64,000 bases of DNA from an uncultured virus (IMG/VR IMGVR_UViG_3300020281_001556). Taxonomy: Duplodnaviria > Heunggongvirae > Uroviricota > Caudoviricetes. The notes below the pieces were generated by a model, which was not told the origin of the DNA, did not search any database, and saw only the letters and a list, made by a program, of their open reading frames with translations. The DNA lies in the IMG/VR virus record IMGVR_UViG_3300020281_001556; one strand, given 5' to 3'. The translations under genes were made by a program, and so were the position numbers. Position 1 is the stretch's first letter; every line of letters starts with the position of its first letter. This document shows positions 34,463 to 44,595 of this stretch, piece after piece.

Positions 34463-35944
34463 ATGGCGTACATAATAAACTTAACAAACGGTACACAGTT
34501 AACTTCTGTAGAAGACGGTACCATTGATCAGAGTACAACGCTCAAATTAGTGGGTAAAAACTACGCTGGTTACGGTGAAATACAGAACGAAAACTTTGTG
34601 CATTTGCTAGAAAACTTTTCAAGTGCTAATCAGCCTGCAAGTCCTTTATCAGGACAAATTTGGTTTGATAGTGCAGTTAAAAAATTAAAATTTTACGACG
34701 GAACTAAATTCCGAACAACAGGTGGTGCTGAAGTATCAACTACTCAACCAGTTGGATTAACAACTGGAGACTTTTGGTGGGATACAACTAACAACCAATT
34801 ATATGCACAAGACTCAGCAGGTGGATTTGTCCTAATCGGTCCACAGAGTATAGGTGATACAGTTTCTGCAATGGTTACCGGGCAGGTACGCGATACTGGT
34901 GGTCTAAACAGAACGATTATCAAAGGTACAGTTGAAGATGCTGTAATTTTTGTTATAAGCAGTGCAGAATTTACGATTGATGCAACAGATACAAGTAATA
35001 CTATATCAGGATTTGATACAATCAGGCAAGGTGTTACTTTAAGGAATACAGGATCAGGATCAAACGGTATTACTTCTAGTGCCCATAGATTTTACGGCAC
35101 AGCTACAAACTCTGAAAGATTAAACGGACAACCTGCCAATGCTTATGCACTGGCTGGTAACGCAAATTTCACAAGCGTTGTGCGTTTTGGTGATGACGGA
35201 TACACAGTAGGTAATGCAAATGATTTAAAAATCTTTATCGATAGTACAGGTACAGGTAACGAAGGTGTAATACAAAACACCACAGGACAAAAAATAAGAT
35301 TTAAAGTACAATCATCTGGCGGTGTAGCTACTGAAGTGTTTGAAATACAGGCTGTTGGACTAATACCAACAGTAACAAATACATTTGATATTGGAGATGT
35401 CAATTACAAATGGAGAAATATTTACGCAACATCATTCAATGGGTTGGCAACAAACGCTGTAAACTTACAGGTTGGTTCAAACTATAGAACAGGTGATGTA
35501 AATGCAACAAACAATACTGTTGCAGTAAGAGATTCAAGCGGTAATTTAGCCGCGAATACGTTCAATGGTATATCTACATCAGCCAAATATGCTGACTTGG
35601 CAGAAATGTACGACACAGATCAATCATATCCTGTTGGTACATGTATGGCAATAGGTGGAGACAAAGAAGCTACAGCAATTGACAAAGCAGATAGTGATAT
35701 ATGTATAGGCGTGATAAGTACAAAGCCTGCATATTTAATGAATGCTGAATCAGAAGGACAAGCTATTGCACTTGTAGGAAGAGTACCGGTTAGAATTACT
35801 GGGCCTGTTAAAAAAGGCGAAACAGTATTTGTAGCTAAGAATGGTACAGCAAGTGTTGATGGTGAAGGCCAAAGGGTTGGTATTGCATTAGAAGATAACG
35901 ACAGGCACGAAGAAACATTAGTTGAGTGTATTTTAAAGTTATAA
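34463..35944 (+). CDS. Tail fibre/spike with C-terminal intramolecular chaperone (peptidase G2/IMC-like)
   Basis: AKYADLAEMY...GVISTKPAYLMN...IALVGRVPVRI motif; shares the N-terminal domain with the two upstream fibres. Confidence 0.75.
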   Translation: MAYIINLTNGTQLTSVEDGTIDQSTTLKLVGKNYAGYGEIQNENFVHLLENFSSANQPASPLSGQIWFDSAVKKLKFYDGTKFRTTGGAEVSTTQPVGLTTGDFWWDTTNNQLYAQDSAGGFVLIGPQSIGDTVSAMVTGQVRDTGGLNRTIIKGTVEDAVIFVISSAEFTIDATDTSNTISGFDTIRQGVTLRNTGSGSNGITSSAHRFYGTATNSERLNGQPANAYALAGNANFTSVVRFGDDGYTVGNANDLKIFIDSTGTGNEGVIQNTTGQKIRFKVQSSGGVATEVFEIQAVGLIPTVTNTFDIGDVNYKWRNIYATSFNGLATNAVNLQVGSNYRTGDVNATNNTVAVRDSSGNLAANTFNGISTSAKYADLAEMYDTDQSYPVGTCMAIGGDKEATAIDKADSDICIGVISTKPAYLMNAESEGQAIALVGRVPVRITGPVKKGETVFVAKNGTASVDGEGQRVGIALEDNDRHEETLVECILKL

Positions 35945-35960
35945 AGTATAAGGAAGTATT

Positions 35961-36875
35961 ATGGCAGTAGGCGATATAATTACAGCGGCAAGGTATAACA
36001 TCATACGTGCAAGGATTGCCGCAGTATTAGGTTTAGGATCAGGTGATGAAGGTTACGGACAAGCAGTAACAAGTAAAACTATATCCGCGGGAAAAACTGT
36101 GACAGCAACAGACATGGAAGATTTATATTCTGACATGGTAAAATGTAGAGTGCATCAAACAGGAACCACACCAACAGAAATTGTAGAACCTTTGATAGGA
36201 GATACAATAGAAGATTCTAATACAGTAACCAAAAAAGGTTATGTACAATACGAAACATTAAGCGTAACTTGTCAATCATCAAGATTACTAGCTGATTCGT
36301 CTCAATTAGGTTTACAAGCAGGTACATCAAGTGTTAGAACTGCAAATTGGTCTACAGATATAAACCATATAGTAACTGTAACTTTTGGAGGATACTCTGT
36401 TACAAACGGAGATGGTACAGTAACAACAATAAGTGGTGCAGATCACATGCGTGTGTTTTTCAATGCAGGCGGAACAATCAATTTCAGCGGTACAATTGGT
36501 CCTGGTAGTTCAACAATCAACAATGACTGGAGAAACTTGATGACATCAGTTGGTACTGTAGTATTTGATAGAGATAATACAAGTAACGGCTCAACAGGAA
36601 CATCATACGGTTATGTAAATTTACCTACAAGCTATGTTACACTTTTCAATAAAACTGCAAGTGCATACGGAGCCAATGATTATCTAATTGAAGGTCAGAA
36701 GAATGGCGCTGTGTTAACTTTTAGAATTACATTCAATGAAGACAAAGGACCAAATCCAAACTTTGATGAAGCTGTAACAGCCACAACCACAAGCACAGTT
36801 CAATTAAATCGCCCAAATAATTCAAATTCAGTTAATATTGGGGCACCAGCTTTCGCAACCACCGACAATTTATAA
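35961..36875 (+). CDS. Putative virion structural protein (Thr/Gly/Ser-rich)
   Basis: MAVGDIITAARYN start, FFNAGGTI motif, beta-rich composition; last gene of the fibre block. Confidence 0.55.
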   Translation: MAVGDIITAARYNIIRARIAAVLGLGSGDEGYGQAVTSKTISAGKTVTATDMEDLYSDMVKCRVHQTGTTPTEIVEPLIGDTIEDSNTVTKKGYVQYETLSVTCQSSRLLADSSQLGLQAGTSSVRTANWSTDINHIVTVTFGGYSVTNGDGTVTTISGADHMRVFFNAGGTINFSGTIGPGSSTINNDWRNLMTSVGTVVFDRDNTSNGSTGTSYGYVNLPTSYVTLFNKTASAYGANDYLIEGQKNGAVLTFRITFNEDKGPNPNFDEAVTATTTSTVQLNRPNNSNSVNIGAPAFATTDNL

Positions 36876-36876
36876 G

Positions 36877-36884
36877 GTTAAATA
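36877..36884 (+). promoter_or_regulatory. Putative late promoter GTTAAATA upstream of the modification cluster
   Basis: TAAATA core in the intergenic gap before the AGGAG RBS and ATG 36912. Confidence 0.5.
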
Positions 36885-36911
36885 TACTTACTATTATATA
36901 GGAGTATAATT

Positions 36912-37259
36912 ATGGACGAGTCTTTGGAAAAAGCACTAGAATTTTCCAATTACATGGTTACCTTAAACAATCAAAAAAGGATTCTAAAAGAAGAATACCT
37001 TGAAAGTTTAACAATGTATCAGAATGGTGGAAAGTTTACCATTACCAAAGAATTCTTTTCATTCATCTGTAATCTACATAGCCTTGGAGTAGACAAAAGT
37101 GTAGTGATAGATGATAATGAAAATCCTATTCTAATTGATGACCTTTCAAAATTCATGGAAGACATGAAGATTCAATATGTAGAAGAATCTTACAAGTATT
37201 TAGAAAAGTATAAGAAGATGGTAGACAAAAGAAGTGTGGAAAGTTTAGTTGATGTCTAA
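36912..37259 (+). CDS. Hypothetical protein (115 aa)
   Basis: Strong AGGAG RBS; overlaps the next gene. Confidence 0.8.
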   Translation: MDESLEKALEFSNYMVTLNNQKRILKEEYLESLTMYQNGGKFTITKEFFSFICNLHSLGVDKSVVIDDNENPILIDDLSKFMEDMKIQYVEESYKYLEKYKKMVDKRSVESLVDV

Positions 37260-38088
37260 TGGAGTTTTATGCTTTGCAAATAATAATGGAAAAATTGACT
37301 ATTTAAAACAAGCAATATTCCTTGCAACTAGAATAAAAAAACATTTTAATCTCCCTACGTCATTAGTCACGTCAAGTAAAAGAGATCTTGAACATGTATA
37401 CAAAAAAGATCTTGCTATTTTTGATAAAATAATAGAAGTAGAAGATAATAACGAAAATCAAAAACGATATTATGATGGATCGCTTACGTACAAGCGTTTA
37501 TATTTTAAAAATGCAGGAAGAATTAATAGTTTTGATCTAAGTCCTTATGAAAACACAATGGTTATGGACACGGATTTTGTTGTCTGCAATGATAAATTGT
37601 TAAATGCTTTTAATCTACTACCTGATTTTCAAATTTATCAGAAAGCTGTTGACTTGTGTCCTTGGAGATGTTATCCGGAATTTACATATATTAATGATAC
37701 AGGCATAAAATTTTATTGGGCTACATGTTTTTTCTTTAGAAAGACTAAAGAAACAAAATTATTCTTTAATTTACTAAAAAATTTAAAAGAAAATTGGTTA
37801 CATTACAGCAAAATTTACAATTTAGGAAGTAAAAATTTTAGAAATGATCATGTGTTCAGCATTGCTATTCATATTATGAATGGTTTTACAGAAAGTGACT
37901 GGGCAAAAGAACTTCCAGGAACTATGTATTACACTCTTGATAGAGATCATGTTGTTAGTATGGACAAAGATGACATGAAATTTTTAGTTGAAAAGGAAAA
38001 TTATTCAGGTGAATATACTTTAGCTTCAACAAGAAAATCAAATGTGCATGTAATGAACAAGTTCAGTCTCGAAAGGATCATATCATGA
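37252..38088 (+). CDS. Glycosyltransferase, GT-A fold (GT8-like)
   Basis: SPYENTMVMDTD DxD motif; FRND; start moved to ATG 37252. Confidence 0.7.
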   Translation: MSNGVLCFANNNGKIDYLKQAIFLATRIKKHFNLPTSLVTSSKRDLEHVYKKDLAIFDKIIEVEDNNENQKRYYDGSLTYKRLYFKNAGRINSFDLSPYENTMVMDTDFVVCNDKLLNAFNLLPDFQIYQKAVDLCPWRCYPEFTYINDTGIKFYWATCFFFRKTKETKLFFNLLKNLKENWLHYSKIYNLGSKNFRNDHVFSIAIHIMNGFTESDWAKELPGTMYYTLDRDHVVSMDKDDMKFLVEKENYSGEYTLASTRKSNVHVMNKFSLERIIS

Positions 38089-38918
38089 AAGGATATATGA
38101 TGTTTGCTAGAGGTAAGAACTATGTGCAACAAGCATGTATGTGTGCTATGAGCCTTAAAGCAACACAAGAAATATCTAATGTTAGCATAGTAACTGATGA
38201 CACTATTCCAAGCAAGTATAAAGGACTTTTTGATCATATTTTTAATGTACCTTGGAGAGATGATAATACTTTTTACTGGACCGAACATCGTTGGAAAGTA
38301 TTTCACCTAACACCATACGAAGAAACTGTTGTATTAGATACAGATATGATTTTCTTAAATGATGTAAGCCGTTGGTGGGAATATCTTAAAAATTATGATG
38401 TTTGTTTTACAAAAAATGTTTACACATATAGAAACAATTTAGTAACAAGCGATTATTATAGAAAAGCGTTTACAAAAAATAATCTTCCTTTATTGTATTG
38501 TGCATATCATTACTTTAAAAAGAATGACGTAGGATACAAGTATTATCAAAAGTTAGAACAAGTATGTAAAGAGTACGAAAAATTTTATGAAATATATGTC
38601 AAAAAACACAAACCTGAAACTATAAATGCAAAAGGACAAAAATGGCAACTGTCAAGCATGGATTTGAATCATGCTATTACAGTGATAGATGAGAACATTG
38701 AAAATTACACACATCCTGCATTAAATTTTGTGCATATGAAAAGTAAAGTGCAAGAATGGCATAATCCTAACGAAGACTGGATGTCAATGATTCCTTTTTA
38801 TTTTACAGATAATTTACAGCTGAAAATAGGCAACTACACACAAAAAGATATTTTTCATTACACGGAAAATAAATTTTGTGAAGAAAATATTTCTAAGTTT
38901 GAAAGCAAGGTATTATGA
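38085..38918 (+). CDS. Glycosyltransferase, GT-A fold (GT8-like), paralog of 37252
   Basis: TPYEETVVLDTDM DxD motif, FVHMK, IFHY. Confidence 0.72.
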   Translation: MKGYMMFARGKNYVQQACMCAMSLKATQEISNVSIVTDDTIPSKYKGLFDHIFNVPWRDDNTFYWTEHRWKVFHLTPYEETVVLDTDMIFLNDVSRWWEYLKNYDVCFTKNVYTYRNNLVTSDYYRKAFTKNNLPLLYCAYHYFKKNDVGYKYYQKLEQVCKEYEKFYEIYVKKHKPETINAKGQKWQLSSMDLNHAITVIDENIENYTHPALNFVHMKSKVQEWHNPNEDWMSMIPFYFTDNLQLKIGNYTQKDIFHYTENKFCEENISKFESKVL

Positions 38919-39454
38919 AACACGTAAAGGTTCATACACAACAATATGTTTGTTTTGATAATAAAACAGGACAAATTTTTAGCATTGGTCCATCTATAGA
39001 AGATGGTTATTCCTTTATTGAGGTTACATATTCTGAGATAGAGCCAATTAAAACATTAAAAGAAAAAATGACAGATTATGTTGTAGTGTATAACAGGAAA
39101 GAAAAACAATTCAAGCTAAAGAAAAATATAATATTACAAGAACAAGATTTTTACCAAAAAATAAGTTCTTTTGTTCCAAAACAAGAATATGATGTAATGC
39201 TTACTATTGACAAATCAGCTAAAAAATGTTACATTAATACCGATGAAGAACTGTTAGAAATAATGAAAAAAACAAATGTGGACCTAAGAAAACAAATTAC
39301 TTTTAGTTTTACAAAGAAAGATGATCCACATGTATTATACAATATGAAAACGTTTGATATTGATAGCAGTAAAAAACAAGAATTTAAAATTAAAGAAAAA
39401 TTTGACATATACACAAATAGTGATATGGCAAGATGTGTTTACAAGGAAATATAA
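38915..39454 (+). CDS. Hypothetical protein (179 aa)
   Basis: Coupled to neighbours on both sides (ATGA, TAATG); no recognisable motif. Confidence 0.75.
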   Translation: MKHVKVHTQQYVCFDNKTGQIFSIGPSIEDGYSFIEVTYSEIEPIKTLKEKMTDYVVVYNRKEKQFKLKKNIILQEQDFYQKISSFVPKQEYDVMLTIDKSAKKCYINTDEELLEIMKKTNVDLRKQITFSFTKKDDPHVLYNMKTFDIDSSKKQEFKIKEKFDIYTNSDMARCVYKEI

Positions 39455-40371
39455 TGAAAGTAAAATTAGCAGAATTAGACATAATATACCTAAGCTATGA
39501 TGAACCAAATGCAGAACAAAACTATGCAGACTTATTAACTAAAGTTCCTTGGGCAAAACGTGTTCATGGTATACACGGAAGCGACGCGGCACACAAAGCA
39601 TGTGCTGAACTCAGCACCACAGATAGATTTGTCACTGTGGATGGTGATAACACCATAAGACAAGAATTTATTAATCAAGTTTTAGACTTCGACGAACACA
39701 CTGACTTAGAACATAGTGTAATCAGTTGGTGTGGTAGAAACAGTATAAATGGATTGTTGTACGGCAACGGTGGATTAAAATGTTGGCCTAAACAATTTGT
39801 GCTTGATATGAAGACGCATGAAAATGCAGATCCTGACAATCCTCATGCACAGGTTGATTTTTGTTGGGACATAAATTACATTCAACAAAATAGTTGCTAC
39901 TCAGATGTACATAATAACACCACGCCACAACAGGCATGGCGAGCAGGATTTCGTGAAGGTGTAAAGATGGCACTTGATAGAGGTGTCAAACCAACCAAAG
40001 AAGAATTTTTAAATGGACACTGGAAAAATTTGCATAGGCTTTGGATATGGTTAATGATAGGCTCTGATGTAAAGAATGGTAATTGGGCAATACTAGGTGC
40101 CAGAGAAGGATTAAACATGACAATGCTTTCTGATTGGGATTATGTACAAGTAAGAGACTTTGAATATCTTAATGAGCTTTGGGGAGGTAGAGATTCAATG
40201 CCAGAAGATATACTGCATCAAGAGATATGGAACCAAGGTACAGAACTTATCAATGGTTTAGATATTCCAATATCAGTGCAACCTCTTAATGAAGAACAAA
40301 GTAAATTTTTTAAAACAGTGTATCAAAATCCTTCCAGGAATAGTAATCAACAGTTTATCGATATAGAATGA
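39454..40371 (+). CDS. Putative glycosyltransferase (GT-A, DxD)
   Basis: FVTVDGDN DxD, SYDEPNAE, YGNGGLKCWP, AWRAGFRE; start moved to ATG 39454 (TAATG overlap). Confidence 0.65.
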   Translation: MKVKLAELDIIYLSYDEPNAEQNYADLLTKVPWAKRVHGIHGSDAAHKACAELSTTDRFVTVDGDNTIRQEFINQVLDFDEHTDLEHSVISWCGRNSINGLLYGNGGLKCWPKQFVLDMKTHENADPDNPHAQVDFCWDINYIQQNSCYSDVHNNTTPQQAWRAGFREGVKMALDRGVKPTKEEFLNGHWKNLHRLWIWLMIGSDVKNGNWAILGAREGLNMTMLSDWDYVQVRDFEYLNELWGGRDSMPEDILHQEIWNQGTELINGLDIPISVQPLNEEQSKFFKTVYQNPSRNSNQQFIDIE

Positions 40372-41777
40372 AATATAATAGAAACATAAAAGGCAACGAG
40401 CTTAGAAAAATAAATGGCAAGTACGAGTCAAGGTACCTGCACGATGCTGAATATGTTTTTGATTCTCTAAACAAAGTTAGTAATAGTTTTTGTTTAGCAA
40501 AATGGTATAATGTAAGTATTCATTTGCCTACTGGTAAAACACACAGTTGCTATCATCCTAAAAGTCATCACATACCCTTAGAAGAACTTGAAAAAGATCC
40601 AGGAGCATTGCATAACACAGAACACAAGAAAAAACAACGTAAGTTAATGCTCAACGGAGAACGTCCTAAAGAATGTAGTTTTTGTTGGCAGGTTGAGGAT
40701 CATAGCACACAGTTGAGTGATAGAGCTTACAGAAGTAAAGATGTTTTTAGTGAGGAATTAATTGAAGAAGCAAAGCAACTAGGATTCGAAGGTAACCCTA
40801 ATCCAAGATATGTAGAAGTAAATTTCAATCAAGCATGTAATTTTAAATGTGCATATTGTTCGCCAGTTTTATCTACCGAGTGGAAAAAAGAAATAGATAA
40901 ACACGGTCCGTATGCTTTACAAGATAGAAAACACAATGATATGACATTTATGGATAAGCCTAATAATAGTCCGGATAACCCTTATGTAAAAGCATTCTGG
41001 AAATGGTTTCCTGGGATTTATCCAACACTGCAAACATTTAGAATGACGGGCGGCGAACCTTTAATGGATAAAAATACTTTTAAAATATTTGATTATGTAA
41101 AAGAAAATCCTAAGGAAGATTTACATTTGAGCATAACCAGTAATTGTTGTCCTCCAAAAGGTCAATGGGAAAAATTTATGCAAAGCATGGAACAGATATC
41201 TCAAAACGTAGATCACTTTATGCTATTTTGTAGTTTAGATAGTTGGGGAGAACAAGCTGAATATATTAGAAACGGAATGGATTTCACTACACTTTTAAAC
41301 AACGTAGAAGAATATCTTAAGGTTTGTAACAGGCATAGTCTTACATTTATTATAACTTTTAATGTGTTAAGCTATAGCGGTATATATAATTACATAAAAA
41401 ATATTTTACAATTACGCAGAAAGTATAGTCACGATAGACAAATGATTTGGTTTGATATTCCACAACTTACTAATCCTGATTTTATGAATCCTAAACTTTA
41501 CAGTCAAGGCACAAGTGAATTGACCAAATGTATTGAATTTATGGAGCGTAACAAAGATGGCGAAACTGAAAAAGAGTTTCAAGGATTTTCAGATTTTGAA
41601 ATTAAGAAAGTTCAAAGATTAATTGATTGGATAAATGCACCAACTAAATTTGATAACAAAACTGCAACAAAAAATTTTGTTAAATTTTTTCAAGAGCATG
41701 ATAAGAGAAGAAACACAAATTTTTTAAATACTTTTCCTGAAATGGAAGACTTTTGGATGGACTGTATAAATGGATAG
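40368..41777 (+). CDS. Radical SAM protein 1, N-terminal SPASM/twitch-like domain
   Basis: CNFKCAYC, TGGEP; N-terminal FCLAKW..SCYH..CSFC. Confidence 0.93.
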   Translation: MKYNRNIKGNELRKINGKYESRYLHDAEYVFDSLNKVSNSFCLAKWYNVSIHLPTGKTHSCYHPKSHHIPLEELEKDPGALHNTEHKKKQRKLMLNGERPKECSFCWQVEDHSTQLSDRAYRSKDVFSEELIEEAKQLGFEGNPNPRYVEVNFNQACNFKCAYCSPVLSTEWKKEIDKHGPYALQDRKHNDMTFMDKPNNSPDNPYVKAFWKWFPGIYPTLQTFRMTGGEPLMDKNTFKIFDYVKENPKEDLHLSITSNCCPPKGQWEKFMQSMEQISQNVDHFMLFCSLDSWGEQAEYIRNGMDFTTLLNNVEEYLKVCNRHSLTFIITFNVLSYSGIYNYIKNILQLRRKYSHDRQMIWFDIPQLTNPDFMNPKLYSQGTSELTKCIEFMERNKDGETEKEFQGFSDFEIKKVQRLIDWINAPTKFDNKTATKNFVKFFQEHDKRRNTNFLNTFPEMEDFWMDCING

Positions 41778-43125
41778 AGTTGACCATATTAAAGAAGTAA
41801 GAGATAAACTTAATGATGTAGGTTGTGGTTTCTGTGCAATGAAATGGTTACACGAAACCCTGTATCTACATACGGGTGATAATCATAGTTGCTATCACCC
41901 AAGACCACAGCATATACCTTTAGCAGAAATAAAAGCTGATCCTAGTGCATTACATAACACCAATTGGAAAAAAGAACAGCGTAAAAAAATGTTAGAAGGC
42001 GGACGGCCTGAAGAATGTTACTATTGTTGGAACATAGAAGATCTAAAAGGAGATCATATTTCTGATAGAATGATTCATAGTGCTAGTGACTGGGCAGAGC
42101 CAGAGATTGAAAAAATATCTAAAATGCACTACACAGAAAATATAAATCCAAAGTATTTGGAAGTATCATTTGGTAACGGCTGTAATTACCGCTGTGGCTA
42201 TTGTTGTCCACAAGCAAGTACAATGTGGATGGACGAAATTAAAAAACACGGCAATTATGATTTAACCTACAATCAGTATGGAATAGAATTTTTAGATAAA
42301 GGTAGATATTATGCACCTAAAGACGATAATCCTTACATAGAAGCATTTTGGAAATGGTGGCCCGATCTAAGAAAGGATTTACACACGTTGAGAATAACTG
42401 GCGGCGAACCTTTAATGAATCCGGGTGCTATGCAGTTTTTTGATTTGTTAGAAAAAGAACCTGCACCACAACTTGAAATAAGTTTAAACAGCAACTTGGG
42501 TGTTACAACAGCTAAGATAGATAGATTGTTTGATAGGATACAGAGTCTGCTTGATAAGAAAAAGATTAGGAAGTTTAGTTTGTTCACAAGCATTGAAGGT
42601 TGGGGCGAACAGGCAGAATACATGCGTACTGGATTAAAATGTGATCATTGGGAGAGAAACTTTGTAGAAGCAATAAACAGAGGTTTCAAGGTCAATATCA
42701 TGTGTACCTTTAATGTGTTGTGCGTTGCAACATTTACAAACTTTTTGACAAAGGTTATCGAATGGAGAAAAAAATACGGTGAACAAAGCCTACAGTTTGA
42801 TACTCCTTATCTTAAGGAACCGCCTCATTGGATGATAAACATTTTGCCCAGCCAATTTTTACAAGAGATGGATAATAATTTACAGTTTATAAAAGATAAT
42901 AAAAAATATTTTGATCCTGTTGAATATGAAAAAATGAAAAGGGTTAGAGATTACATGTATCAGAATCCTGTTGATGAAAATAAAATCAAACAAGGTCAGC
43001 GTGATTTTTACAGTTTCTTTACAGAAAATGATAAGCGTTTAGGAACAGACTTGCTAAAGACTTTTCCGATGTATTCAGATTTTTATTATTATTGCCAAGG
43101 AGTGTATGAACAATGGAAAAGCTAA
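41770..43125 (+). CDS. Radical SAM protein 2, N-terminal SPASM/twitch-like domain
   Basis: CNYRCGYC, TGGEP; FCAMKW..SCYH..CYYC. Confidence 0.93.
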   Translation: MDRVDHIKEVRDKLNDVGCGFCAMKWLHETLYLHTGDNHSCYHPRPQHIPLAEIKADPSALHNTNWKKEQRKKMLEGGRPEECYYCWNIEDLKGDHISDRMIHSASDWAEPEIEKISKMHYTENINPKYLEVSFGNGCNYRCGYCCPQASTMWMDEIKKHGNYDLTYNQYGIEFLDKGRYYAPKDDNPYIEAFWKWWPDLRKDLHTLRITGGEPLMNPGAMQFFDLLEKEPAPQLEISLNSNLGVTTAKIDRLFDRIQSLLDKKKIRKFSLFTSIEGWGEQAEYMRTGLKCDHWERNFVEAINRGFKVNIMCTFNVLCVATFTNFLTKVIEWRKKYGEQSLQFDTPYLKEPPHWMINILPSQFLQEMDNNLQFIKDNKKYFDPVEYEKMKRVRDYMYQNPVDENKIKQGQRDFYSFFTENDKRLGTDLLKTFPMYSDFYYYCQGVYEQWKS

Positions 43126-43916
43126 AGGCAGTGATAGTAGGAGGTTGTAGCTATTGTGCCGGCGATGAACTTGCAGGCGAATTATTGGTGCCCGGTTATA
43201 CAGATAAGACATGGCGCCCAGGATTTGAGGATAGAGAATTGTATGAAGTCCTAAGACTACAGATGCGTCCATCACACAAGAAGTTTAGAAAATACTTACA
43301 AACATGCTTGGAAAGATCATGGGTAGGACATCTGGATAAAATGACATCAGTTCCTGTAAAAAATATTTCAAGAGGCGGAGCTTCTAATCAAGAAATTTCC
43401 TATAGATTAATGAAGGATGCTGTGGGCAGATGCAAAAAATCAAAAACATTAAGAGGATATTTGTATATCTGTTCCTTATCGAGTCCGGCAAGACTGGCTA
43501 TTATGAACAGTGATGACAAACACAATATTAGCACAATAAACATTTCAAGAAGTATTAGCGACATGTCTTGGTACATACCAGGCGCAGAAAAGTTTGTTGA
43601 GAAGATGTATTTTGCTCACGACGATGATGATTTTTTATGGTATGCAGTATCAGGTGTTCTTGCTTTACGTGAATATATTACAATGCACGGAGGATACTTT
43701 ATGATTGTTGACACAGGACTTTGGCACAGGTTTGTTAATGAATTAGAAGATAAAAGATTTGCAAAACAATTAGAAAGTTTACTTAATGCTAATTTAAATT
43801 TTTTTGCTGTTGCAAGTACGTTTAGAAATCTATCAGGAGGACATGTTGAAGAAGCGGCTCATAAAAAATTTGCAAATGTAGTAAAAAAGGCCATAGAGAA
43901 GAAATACAATGTATGA
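43113..43916 (+). CDS. SGNH/GDSL hydrolase-like protein
   Basis: GGCSYCAGDE (block I Ser), NISRGGASN (block II), C-terminal GGH..EAAH. Confidence 0.6.
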   Translation: MEKLKAVIVGGCSYCAGDELAGELLVPGYTDKTWRPGFEDRELYEVLRLQMRPSHKKFRKYLQTCLERSWVGHLDKMTSVPVKNISRGGASNQEISYRLMKDAVGRCKKSKTLRGYLYICSLSSPARLAIMNSDDKHNISTINISRSISDMSWYIPGAEKFVEKMYFAHDDDDFLWYAVSGVLALREYITMHGGYFMIVDTGLWHRFVNELEDKRFAKQLESLLNANLNFFAVASTFRNLSGGHVEEAAHKKFANVVKKAIEKKYNV

Positions 43917-44595
43917 TATTGTTTTTATAAGTTATCATGAACCTAATGCAGAAGAAAATTTCAACGACTTGTTTGAAAGGTTTAACAAGGTAACAATGTT
44001 TGGAGATAGGATAAAACGTGTGAAGAATGTAAAAGGAATCCACAACGCACATGTGGAAGCCGCAAAACTCGTAAACACAAGTTATTTCTTTGTGGTCGAC
44101 GGAGACGCAAAAATAGTAGATGATTTTGACTTTGATTATGTAACCGATGAAGAAGATGTTGTGCATGTTTATCGCAGTATGAATCCTATAAACGACCTTG
44201 TATATGGATATGGTGGAGTAAAATTGTTTCCCACAAGATTATCAAGGAACATGGATACAAAAACAAGTGACATGACAACAAGCATATCTAAAAAATTTAA
44301 AGCATTACCACAGATAAGCAACATTACAGAATTCAACACAGATCCTTTCAGCACTTGGAAAAGTGCTTTTAGAGAATGTGCTAAATTAAGCAGTAAAGTA
44401 ATTGACAGACAAAAAACAGGAGAAACAGATGAACGACTTAAAACTTGGACAACCGTGGGACACGATAGACCATATGGCGAATACGCTTTGGCAGGCGCGA
44501 TGGCTGGTATGGAGTTTGGCCTTTCTAGGAGGTCTGATCTTGGGCTAATAAACAACTTTGAATGGTTAAAGGAACAGTTTGATGGAAACACATAA
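43909..44595 (+). CDS. Putative glycosyltransferase, paralog of 39454
   Basis: FFVVDGDA DxD, SYHEPNAE, YGYGGVKLFP, WKSAFRE. Confidence 0.65.
   Translation: MYDIVFISYHEPNAEENFNDLFERFNKVTMFGDRIKRVKNVKGIHNAHVEAAKLVNTSYFFVVDGDAKIVDDFDFDYVTDEEDVVHVYRSMNPINDLVYGYGGVKLFPTRLSRNMDTKTSDMTTSISKKFKALPQISNITEFNTDPFSTWKSAFRECAKLSSKVIDRQKTGETDERLKTWTTVGHDRPYGEYALAGAMAGMEFGLSRRSDLGLINNFEWLKEQFDGNT

Noticed and set aside
3776..36875. Bacterial T6SS or extracellular contractile injection system
   Set aside because: Adjacent gp55/gp47/gp46 genes, T4-type late promoter motifs and multiple fibre genes indicate a phage; no Tss membrane components or Afp15-like ATPase are present
30521..36875. Diversity-generating retroelement or invertible fibre cassette
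   Set aside because: No reverse transcriptase, recombinase or near-identical template/variable repeats seen; fibre similarity is at protein level only
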